64,000 nt of DNA. Origin: Actinomycetales bacterium. Its GTDB lineage: Bacteria > Actinomycetota > Actinomycetes > Actinomycetales > CAWJMD01. The notes below the pieces were generated by a model. That model did not search any database and was not told the DNA's origin. It saw only the letters and a program-made list of their open reading frames with translations. Below, piece after piece: positions 46,000 through 54,030 of the stretch; position 1 is the first letter of the stretch; each line of letters begins with the position of its first letter. Both the position numbers and the translations under genes were made by a program. The DNA lies in contig JBKECN010000057.1 in the NCBI GenBank assembly GCA_047974565.1, forward strand, positions 49,560 to 113,559. The letters are read 5' to 3'.

Positions 46000-48900
46000 C
46001 TAGTCCGCCCACGGTGCGACGGGGTTCCCCGTCCAGCGGGTCCCGTCGGGCAAGGTGTCCCCGCGCAGCACCAGACTGGACGGACCGGCGGTGGTCCCCT
46101 CCCCGAGTCTGGCGGCGGGCAGCACCACCGAGTGCGAGCCCAGGGTGGCCCCGGGCGCCAGGCGCACCTCGTCCAGACTCATCACGCGATCGTGGAACAG
46201 GTGGGTCTGCACCACGCACCCGACGTTGACACAGGAGCCGTCCTCCAGGTGGACCAGATCTGCTTCGGGCAGCCAGTACGTCTCGCACCACACGCCGCGC
46301 CCGATGTGGGCGCCCATCGCCCGCAGCCACCAGTTGAGCACCGGGGCGCCGTAGGCACCGCGGGCGAACCACGGCACGGCCATCATCTCCACGAACGTGT
46401 CGGCCAACTCGTTGCGCCAGATGAAACTGCTCCACAAGGGGTGCTCACCGGTCCGGATCCGCCCGACCAGCAGCCACTTGGCCGCCACCGCCACTGCACA
46501 CGAGACCAGCGCCGCCATCGCCATCACCGGTGCCGCTGCCAGCACCGTGGCCGCCAACCCCCAGCGGATGAGGATCGCCTCCAAACCGAGCAGGACGCCG
46601 ACCGCGACCGCGACCGTGCCGATCACCGAGAACACCCGCAGCACCTCCACCCCGGCCCGGGCGAAGCGCAGCCGGGTCGGTGGCGCGAAGGTGAGCGAGT
46701 CGTCGCCCGCATCGGTGTCCCGGCGCAGCAACTGGGGTGGCGAGCCCACCCAGGAGGTGCCCTTCTTCGCCTTGGGCGGGGCACTGGAGAGCACGGCGAC
46801 CAGCCCGTGTTTGGGCACGCGACGACCGGGAGCGGTCATCCCCGAGTTCCCGAGGAAGGCCCGCTTGCCCACCTTGGCGCGTTCGATCCGAAGCCAGCCG
46901 TGACTGAGCTCGTACGAGGCGATCATCGTGTCGTCGGCCAGGAAGGCACCCTCGCCCACGCTCGTCATGCTGGGCAGCATGAGCACCGTCGAGGCCTCCA
47001 CGTTCGGGGCGATCTTGGCCCCCAGGGCCCGCAGCCACACCGGGGTGAACATGCTGGCGTAGAGCGGGAAGAGCAGGCCCCGGGCGTCGTCCATCAGCCG
47101 TTCGGTGGCCCACACCTGCCAGCCCACCCGGCTGCGGATCGGGTGATGCCCCTCGACCAGGCCCCACCCGAGCAGCCGGACGCACGCCCAGGTGATGAAG
47201 GCTTGGACGACGAACATCACCACCGCCCCCAGCGGCACCCACACCCACACCCGGCGAGCCACCTGCCCGATCGAATCGACCTCCCCCATCCCCCAGGCCA
47301 TGACGGCCAGGCCGACCAGCGCGGCGACCAATGGCAAGGCCGCCAACCCGGCCGCGGTGGCCGCGTACACCCCCACCCACACCCGACTCTTCGGCAGTCG
47401 CCGCTCCGGGAGGTCGAGCCGGGCCCGACCGATGAACTCGGCAGGGCTGCCCGCCCACAGCTCACCCGGCGGGACGGTCGACAGGACGGCCGAGCCCGGG
47501 GCGACCACCGCCTCCTGGCCCACCCGGGTGCCGCCCAACAGCACGCTGCGCGAACCGACGGTGGCGCCGGCGTCTACCCGGATCCGCCCCACATGGACCA
47601 CGTCGCCGTCCACCCAGTGCCCGGAAAGGTCCACCTCCGGCTCGATGGACGCGCCCCGCTTGAGGGTGAGCATGCCGGTGACCGGCGGCAACGAGTGCAG
47701 ATCGACGTTGCGTCCGATCCGAGCGCCGAGAGCCCGGGCGTAGTGGGTGAGCCAGGGGGCGGCAGCCAGGTGTCCCACCCCGGCAGCGGAGGCGAAGGCC
47801 TCGGTGAACCACAACCGCAGATGCATGCTGCCACCGCGCGGATACCGTCCGGGCGTCAACCCGCGCAGCAGCACCCGGGCGAGCGCGACCGTCAGGCCCA
47901 TCCGGCCCAGCGGTGTGATGAGTACCAGCCAGCCCAGCAGGATCCACCACCACGAGACATGCGGGATCCACCGCGCGTGCCCGATCGCCGCGGCGAGGTT
48001 GCCCAGCAGGGCCAGCCAGGTCAGCCAGCGCAAACCGACGACCCCGAGCAGCGGCAGGCCGAGCACGGTCTGGAGCCACTGGGCGCCCAATGGAACCGGG
48101 CGCACGTGGCGTCCGGTGGTCGTCACCGGCGGGTCGAACTCCTCCACCCGGTTCAGCAGGTCGCCGAAGCCGGGCGTGTCGTAGATGTCGGCGACGGTGA
48201 TGGTCGGTACCCGGGTCCGCAGCGCCGAGACGAGTTGGGCCGCCGCGAGGCTGCCGCCGCCGGCATCGAAGAAGTCGTCGGCCAGGCTCGTCACGGACGT
48301 GCCGAGCACCCGCGCCCACGCCTGGGCCAGCCATTCCCCGGTCTCGCCCAACCCGCTGATCTGGGGGGCGGACGGGCCGCCGGCATCGCTGAGTTCGACG
48401 GGCCAGGGCAAGGCGTCGCGGTCGACCTTGCCGCTGACCTTGGTGGGGATGGTGTCCACGACGACGAGTTTGGGCACGAGGGCGGCCGGGAGCCGGTCCC
48501 GGAGTTGGCCACGAGCCTGGGCGAGGTCGGGGCTCGCGTCCGCGTGCGGGGCGAGGTAGCCGACGAGCAGTTGGCTGCCGCCGTCGGTTCGGCGTACGGC
48601 GGCTGCGGCGGCCGCGACGCCGGGCAGGTCTTGCAGGGCGGCGTCCACCTCGCCGAGTTCGATCCGCCGTCCACCGAGTTTGACCTGATCGTCGGCGCGC
48701 CCCATGAAGACCAGCCCGGCGGACTCCAGCCGCACCAGATCGCCGCTGCGGTAAGCCCTTTCCCAGCCGAGTGCCGGGGCCGGGGCGTACTTCTCGGCGT
48801 CCTTGGCCGGGTCGAGGTAGCGGGCCAGCCCGACGCCGCCGATGACCAACTCGCCGACCTCACCGTCGCCGACCCGGCGCCCGTCGCCGTCCACGACGGC

Positions 48901-49974
48901 CAGATCCCATCCGTCCAGCGGGAAGCCGATTCGGACCGGGCCGGTGCCGTCCATGAGTGCCGCGCAGGCGACCACCGTGGCCTCGGTGGGTCCGTAGGTG
49001 TTCCACACCTGCCGGTCGTTGGTGGCGAGTCTGGCCGCGAGCTCGGGTGGGCAGGCTTCGCCGCCGAAGATGAGCATCCGGACGCCGGCCAGTTCCTCGG
49101 GCTGCCACAGGCCGGCCAGGGTGGGGACGGTGGAGATGATGCTCACCTGCTGCTCGACCAGCCACGGCCCCAGATCCATACCGGTGCGCACCAGCGCGCG
49201 CGGGGCCGGCACCAGGCAGGCGCCATTGCGCCAGGCGAGCCACATCTCCTCACACGAAGCGTCGAAGGCCACCGACAGGCCCGCAAGCACCCGGTCCCCC
49301 GGGCCGAGGGGATCGTCCTGCAGGAAGAGGCGGGCCTCGGCGTCGACGAAGGCGGCCGCGTTGCGGTGCCGCACGGCCACTCCCTTGGGGGTGCCGGTGG
49401 AGCCGGAGGTGAAGATGATCCAGGCGTCGTCCTCGGGATCCGGACGCCCCGCTACCAGGCCATCCGGCGACATGTCCGGCTGAGCCGACTCGGACCCATC
49501 ACGGCCGGACGCCGACCGGGTGCCGTGCGCGGTGAACTCGAAGTCGTCGGACAGCACCCCCGCGACTGCGGCCTCGCCGAAGACGGTCCGGGCCCGCTCA
49601 GCAGGGTCGTCGATGTCCACCGGCACGTAGGCCGCCCCGGCCCGCAGCACGGCGAGGATCGCGAGGTAGAGGTCGGCGCTGCCGGAGGACATCCGGACGC
49701 CGACACGGTCCCCGGGGCGCACGCCCAGCCGGTAGAGGGTTCGCGCCCGAGTGGTGATCTCGTCCCACAGGTCGCGGTAGGAGATCCTGCGGTCGCCGTC
49801 ATCGATGGCCGGCGCGTCGGCGTGGGCGCGCACGGTGTCGGCCAGCACGTCCATCAGCGTGCGGGTGGGGGGCGCCAACGGCGAACGGTCGTAGCGGCCC
49901 TGGCCGCGATCGACGGCCTCCGGCTCCGATGAACCGACCCCGGGCAACGCCGAATCGGACAGCGAGGCATCCAC
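46000..49974 (-). CDS. Pls/PosA-type single-module NRPS: A domain - T domain - three [2 TM + hexapeptide/LbH] modules
   Basis: A-domain motifs are IIFTSGSTGTPKGV, FDAS, NTYGPTEAT, YRSGD, GRADDQVKLGGRRIELGEV and SGKVDR. The T domain is FFDAGGGSLAA. Three repeats follow: LRALGARIG.., LRALGAKIA.. and LRAMGAHIG.., each after a TM pair. There is no C or TE domain. Confidence 0.85.
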   Translation of the reverse strand: MDASLSDSALPGVGSSEPEAVDRGQGRYDRSPLAPPTRTLMDVLADTVRAHADAPAIDDGDRRISYRDLWDEITTRARTLYRLGVRPGDRVGVRMSSGSADLYLAILAVLRAGAAYVPVDIDDPAERARTVFGEAAVAGVLSDDFEFTAHGTRSASGRDGSESAQPDMSPDGLVAGRPDPEDDAWIIFTSGSTGTPKGVAVRHRNAAAFVDAEARLFLQDDPLGPGDRVLAGLSVAFDASCEEMWLAWRNGACLVPAPRALVRTGMDLGPWLVEQQVSIISTVPTLAGLWQPEELAGVRMLIFGGEACPPELAARLATNDRQVWNTYGPTEATVVACAALMDGTGPVRIGFPLDGWDLAVVDGDGRRVGDGEVGELVIGGVGLARYLDPAKDAEKYAPAPALGWERAYRSGDLVRLESAGLVFMGRADDQVKLGGRRIELGEVDAALQDLPGVAAAAAAVRRTDGGSQLLVGYLAPHADASPDLAQARGQLRDRLPAALVPKLVVVDTIPTKVSGKVDRDALPWPVELSDAGGPSAPQISGLGETGEWLAQAWARVLGTSVTSLADDFFDAGGGSLAAAQLVSALRTRVPTITVADIYDTPGFGDLLNRVEEFDPPVTTTGRHVRPVPLGAQWLQTVLGLPLLGVVGLRWLTWLALLGNLAAAIGHARWIPHVSWWWILLGWLVLITPLGRMGLTVALARVLLRGLTPGRYPRGGSMHLRLWFTEAFASAAGVGHLAAAPWLTHYARALGARIGRNVDLHSLPPVTGMLTLKRGASIEPEVDLSGHWVDGDVVHVGRIRVDAGATVGSRSVLLGGTRVGQEAVVAPGSAVLSTVPPGELWAGSPAEFIGRARLDLPERRLPKSRVWVGVYAATAAGLAALPLVAALVGLAVMAWGMGEVDSIGQVARRVWVWVPLGAVVMFVVQAFITWACVRLLGWGLVEGHHPIRSRVGWQVWATERLMDDARGLLFPLYASMFTPVWLRALGAKIAPNVEASTVLMLPSMTSVGEGAFLADDTMIASYELSHGWLRIERAKVGKRAFLGNSGMTAPGRRVPKHGLVAVLSSAPPKAKKGTSWVGSPPQLLRRDTDAGDDSLTFAPPTRLRFARAGVEVLRVFSVIGTVAVAVGVLLGLEAILIRWGLAATVLAAAPVMAMAALVSCAVAVAAKWLLVGRIRTGEHPLWSSFIWRNELADTFVEMMAVPWFARGAYGAPVLNWWLRAMGAHIGRGVWCETYWLPEADLVHLEDGSCVNVGCVVQTHLFHDRVMSLDEVRLAPGATLGSHSVVLPAARLGEGTTAGPSSLVLRGDTLPDGTRWTGNPVAPWAD

Positions 49975-50020
49975 ACGAACAGGCTAGCGGCCCACCCGGG
50001 CCATTCTCGTCAGGCGGTCA

Positions 50021-50785
50021 TCAACCCGACAGGACGATGATGTCGAGCCCGTCCGGGGTCGCCAGGCTCGCGTGGTGACCAGGTGCAGTGGCGAGATCGC
50101 GCAGGCGCCATCGCGACGGTCCTGGAGCCACCTCACTCATCGTCGAGCCCGCCGCGTGGGCTAGCGATGACGCGGCATCCGCCCTCGATCGGGCGCCGTC
50201 CACGTCGGAAACTGTGCCGGGATAGGCGGTGGGACCGTCTTCCACCTCGGGAACGGTGAGCACCTCGAAGCGAGCATCAAGGCGACTCGGTGACACAGCC
50301 ATGCCGATCCCGGCGGCTTTGAGGGCTGCCTCCTTGGCTGTCCACCACCGGGCAGCCACCTGGGTCGCCGCCGGAGCCTCGAGTCGAGCCAGCTCGGCGA
50401 GTTCGTTGGGGTGGAAGGCCACCTCACTGGCGGTCATCGGGGCCAGGCTGCGCACCTCCTCCACGTCCACCCCGCAGGGCTGGTGGCACACGGCGACCAC
50501 CACCACGTCCCCGGCATGGGAGATCGACACCCACGCCGCCGGGACCCCATCGAGGGCGATGAGCGGCCGGCCCCACGGGCCCAGGGCGACTCCGATCCGG
50601 TCGGGCGCCACATCCAGACACGCTGCGGCGGTCTGGCGGGCCAATGTCCTGCCGGTCGCGTGCCGGGCAGCGTCCAGTGGCGACCGGAAGGCCGCACACC
50701 GAGCACGCTCGTGCGGTGTCAGCAACGGGTTCGCGATCTCCTGCGGGCCGGGCGGCGACTGCCGCACATGCACAGGAGTGACCAT
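50021..50785 (-). CDS. 4'-phosphopantetheinyl transferase (Sfp type)
   Basis: Contains GRPLIA.., ISHAGDVVVVAV, CGVDVEE and WTAKEAALKA. Lies 46 nt upstream of the NRPS start on the same strand. This is the inner part of track ORF 50021..51058. Confidence 0.75.
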   Translation of the reverse strand: MVTPVHVRQSPPGPQEIANPLLTPHERARCAAFRSPLDAARHATGRTLARQTAAACLDVAPDRIGVALGPWGRPLIALDGVPAAWVSISHAGDVVVVAVCHQPCGVDVEEVRSLAPMTASEVAFHPNELAELARLEAPAATQVAARWWTAKEAALKAAGIGMAVSPSRLDARFEVLTVPEVEDGPTAYPGTVSDVDGARSRADAASSLAHAAGSTMSEVAPGPSRWRLRDLATAPGHHASLATPDGLDIIVLSG

Positions 50786-51028
50786 GGCCCCAGCATGCAC
50801 GGGGCTCTGCCGACGTGGATACCGAGGTGACGCAGAGCGCTGGCGTCGCAAGCCGCTGCCGCAGCGCAGCGTCGCAAACCGCTGGTGCAACGCAGGGGGC
50901 AACCGCCATGGCCCATTCAGGCAACTTTCTATCTTTTCGGTCATATCCGGTATCACCGCAAAGGCGCGTGGACTCTTTTGTCGCACGTTGCGCCACACGG
51001 GCGTGGCGACCACGACACGGAAGGGAAG

Positions 51029-52198
51029 ATGATGAAAGTCACTGGCAGATCCGCCCAACGAGCGAGCCTGATCGGCCTTGCGGCGACGCTACTCTGCGTC
51101 CCGGCGCTGGTCGGCGCGAGCACCGGCGCGCAAGCCACTCCAATCCAAAAGCATTTCGAGACAGCGATTTCCAGTGTCCCTCAGTTGAGCGAGGAAGCAT
51201 GGCGGGCAGGCAAGGCCGAGCACGGTGCGTCGACCACCGCGCAGCAGGCGGTGGAGTCCTACTGGACGGTCAGCCGAATGAAGGCCGCCAAGGACATTGC
51301 GGACTCCCCCGAGCTTCGTACGGCCGAGAAGCGATTCGACGAAGAGTTGGCCGCGCAACAGCGCCAGGCGAAGCAGGGCAACGGCCCCGCGCGCGAGACG
51401 CAAGGGCCTGAGCAGACGTTCGCACCCGCCTCGTCGACAGTCGCCGCGATGCCGGAGGCGGCGGCCGGTACCGAGTCCGCTTCGGGTCTCCTACCCATGT
51501 CGAACCCCGACCTCGCATACTGGCACCCGACGGCGCGGACGAACGGCAAGGTCTTCTTCACGATGGACGGGCAGAACTATGCTTGCTCTGCCTCTGTAGT
51601 GAACTCCGCGGGAAAGAACACCGTCTGGACGGCGGGACATTGCGTTCATGGCGGGCGGGGTGGAAGTTGGGCTACCAACTGGAGTTTCGTACCTGCCTAC
51701 GATGACGACCTGGCCAATCCCCGGCCCTACGGAACCTGGACCGCTCGACAATTGTGGGCACTGACCAGTTGGACCGGGAGTTCTGATTTCACCTCCGACA
51801 TGGCGGTGGCCGTGATGAACCCCCGAAACGGTCACCACATCGTCAATTACCTCGGCGGACACGGTCTACGAATCAACGCCAGCAAGTCGACTTCCATGAA
51901 CATCTTCGGCTATTCCGCGGTCGCGCCCTTGGATGGCGGGAACCTGCGCAAATGCCAGGGAACTTCGTCACCTGAAGTTTCTTTCCTGTGGTGGTCTTCG
52001 GACACGCTCAAAGTCTCGTGTTCCGACATGAACCGAGGGGCAAGCGGTGGGCCATGGCTGGCGAATTACGGCGGCGGTTACGGCTATCTGAACGGGATCA
52101 ACAGCAGGGTCGACAGCTACACGAATCCCAGGCTCGTGATGTCAGCCTACTTCGACGACAGCGCACTCACGCTGTACAACGCAACCACAGGCCTGTGA
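51029..52198 (+). CDS. secreted trypsin-like (S1) serine protease
   Basis: The signal peptide ends ..ALVGASTGAQA. The catalytic triad contexts are WTAGHCV, SDMAVAVM and NRGASGGPW. An RBS (ggaaggga) is present. The gene is visibly more AT-rich than its neighbours. Confidence 0.8.
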   Translation: MMKVTGRSAQRASLIGLAATLLCVPALVGASTGAQATPIQKHFETAISSVPQLSEEAWRAGKAEHGASTTAQQAVESYWTVSRMKAAKDIADSPELRTAEKRFDEELAAQQRQAKQGNGPARETQGPEQTFAPASSTVAAMPEAAAGTESASGLLPMSNPDLAYWHPTARTNGKVFFTMDGQNYACSASVVNSAGKNTVWTAGHCVHGGRGGSWATNWSFVPAYDDDLANPRPYGTWTARQLWALTSWTGSSDFTSDMAVAVMNPRNGHHIVNYLGGHGLRINASKSTSMNIFGYSAVAPLDGGNLRKCQGTSSPEVSFLWWSSDTLKVSCSDMNRGASGGPWLANYGGGYGYLNGINSRVDSYTNPRLVMSAYFDDSALTLYNATTGL

Positions 52199-52228
52199 CT
52201 GCACGATGACGCACCCGTTCGTCATGAG

Positions 52229-52386
52229 GGTGTGTCTCGTAATGCAAGCCCGTCGCGAGCAGCTCTGACGGAATGTGCGGCACGGCGGACGAGCGAGGGC
52301 GTGGCAGAGCCACGTCGAGTCGAGGACAACGCCGCCGGACGCCCGTCAGGGTCCTGCGCAGCAGGGCGGGGATTACGAGACACGCC
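52229..52386 (+). repeat. 158-bp element with 15-bp terminal inverted repeats, copy A (MITE-like or structured RNA)
   Basis: The ends are GGTGTGTCTCGTAAT ... ATTACGAGACACGCC. The element is nearly identical to copy B at 58939..59097, and its interior is an imperfect long palindrome. Confidence 0.8.
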
Positions 52387-52427
52387 CTAGCCACTGACGA
52401 GATGCTCAGCGAACAACTTTCACCTTC

Positions 52428-52460
52428 GGGTGCGGCCGGATCATTTCTCCGGTCGCACCC
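52428..52460 (+). terminator. hairpin GGGTGCGGCCGGA-N7-TCCGGTCGCACCC
   Basis: 13-bp stem with one G-U pair, read directly. It lies downstream of the protease gene and element copy A. There is no T-tract. Confidence 0.35.
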
Positions 52461-52532
52461 GCAGGAATCTCGCACACACCTCCATCAGAATCAGGATCAG
52501 ACAACCCGCAGAGTTGGCGTCACACCTGAGGA

Positions 52533-53108
52533 ATGGCCGTGAGGAAACCCAGCACGCACCGCCCGCAGCACCGGAGGGGCACCGACCCCCGTGCCCGCCG
52601 AGTGCGGCGGTGGTGCGCGATAGCAGTGCTCTGCCTCATCGGCTGCGGCTGCGCCACACCGGGCAACTCGGACCCGAAGGAGACCATGACCTCGCCGAGC
52701 AACGAGCCCACCGCTCCGAGCACTCCGGACAACCCTGAGGTGCCACCGCCTCCCATGCCCGACGAATCCCCGAGCGGGTCGACACCTAGCATTCCGCCCA
52801 ATGCCCCGTCAGTGGTCACCCCGGTAGCCGGCGAGAACCGACGTAACGCCGACTGGCACCTGGCTGAACTGAGGGACGAGGGGCGCACTGTGCTTTTGGA
52901 CGTGCAGATCGCGGGGCCGCCCTGCGATGTCGTGACCGGACTCCGGGTCGACCAGGGCAGTGACGCCGTCCGGGTCGCCGTCCTGGCGGGTCCGCAGGAG
53001 GGAGCCCAGTGCCCACCCGGCCTCATCGCCCGAGCCGGCGTCGTGCGGGTCGAGGTGCGGCTCACTGAGCCGCTCGGCGATCGCACTCTTGCGCAGCTGG
53101 GCGGCTGA
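52533..53108 (+). CDS. hypothetical lipoprotein
   Basis: The basic N-terminus is followed by AIAVLCLIGCGC (lipobox-like) and a Pro/Ser-rich linker. I recognise no other motif. Confidence 0.5.
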   Translation: MAVRKPSTHRPQHRRGTDPRARRVRRWCAIAVLCLIGCGCATPGNSDPKETMTSPSNEPTAPSTPDNPEVPPPPMPDESPSGSTPSIPPNAPSVVTPVAGENRRNADWHLAELRDEGRTVLLDVQIAGPPCDVVTGLRVDQGSDAVRVAVLAGPQEGAQCPPGLIARAGVVRVEVRLTEPLGDRTLAQLGG

Positions 53109-53309
53109 GGGCCCACCCCGGGTGGTCCCGGCGAGCGTGGACTGCATCAGTGCTGCCCTGCGACGCCGAGGGCCGGATGGGCCCCTACACACGCCAAGCC
53201 TTGGACCCGGGATCGAAGGCACCACGCCGACTCCCGCCCGGCTCGCCACCGGATGAGCCCGCCGGTCCCGAGATGTCGCGACCGCACCCCAGCCAGTACG
53301 GTGATAATC

Positions 53310-54011
53310 ATGAGCGAGCAGACGAGTCCAACGGCAACGGCGCAGATCCTCGTCGGTGAGAACGGGCCCTATGAGGTGCGTGGCGTGCGGGTCGAGCGCA
53401 CTCGGGTGATCAACGACGAGCACGGCCATGCCCGCGAGTATGAGACCTACGCGCAGGTGCACGACGGCGCCGAGCCGACCTGGTTGTGCCGCTGCGGGCA
53501 TTCGAAGAACAAGCCGTTCTGCGACGGCTCACATCACACCGCCGGGCCGGACGGCGGGCCGTTCGACGGAACCGAGAACGCCCCGACGAACACCTACCGG
53601 GAGCGCGCGGAGGTGCTGGGCGGCGACGGCGTGCAGGTCAGCGACGATCGGGGCATCTGCGTGCACGCCGGTTTCTGCGCCACGCATGGGGCGAACGTGT
53701 GGCGTGAGGTGAAGCAGTCGCAAGATCCGCAGGTCCGGGACGATATGACCACCCGGATCGACAAGTGCCCCTCGGGTGCCCTCACCCGACGGCCAGAGGC
53801 CGATGCACCGGACGACGAGCCCGACTATCCCCGCGCGGTGCATGTGGTGGCGGACGGGCCGTTGCACGTCACCGGCCGAGTGCAGGTGACCCGCGCGGAC
53901 GGGGAGACCTTCGAGACCCGCAACCGGATGACCCTGTGCCGGTGCGGGGCCTCGGCGATCAAGCCGTTGTGCGACGGCAGCCACGCCGAGACCGGTTTCA
54001 CCGACTCCTGA
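53310..54011 (+). CDS. CDGSH iron-sulfur domain protein (two CDGSH motifs flanking a Cys-rich central domain)
   Basis: The CDGSH motifs are CRCGHSKNKPFCDGSH and CRCGASAIKPLCDGSH. The central part reads GICVHAGFCATHG...IDKCPSGAL. This is the inner part of track ORF 53253..54011. Confidence 0.8.
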   Translation: MSEQTSPTATAQILVGENGPYEVRGVRVERTRVINDEHGHAREYETYAQVHDGAEPTWLCRCGHSKNKPFCDGSHHTAGPDGGPFDGTENAPTNTYRERAEVLGGDGVQVSDDRGICVHAGFCATHGANVWREVKQSQDPQVRDDMTTRIDKCPSGALTRRPEADAPDDEPDYPRAVHVVADGPLHVTGRVQVTRADGETFETRNRMTLCRCGASAIKPLCDGSHAETGFTDS

Positions 54012-54030
54012 CTCTTCCCGCCCGCCTGCC

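Noticed and set aside
46132-49932. Very long antisense or out-of-frame ORFs (46132..49932 +, 41505..43988 +, 23574..25661 +, 4328..6196 +, 55063..56886 +, 3927..5420 -, 16336..17724 -, 53529..54365 -)
   Set aside because: Each lies opposite to or frame-shifted against a gene with clear family motifs (NRPS, tmk, ftsH, GntP, topA, ndh, CDGSH). Their products are Arg/Gly/Pro/His-rich low-complexity sequences typical of shadow frames in high-GC genomes.
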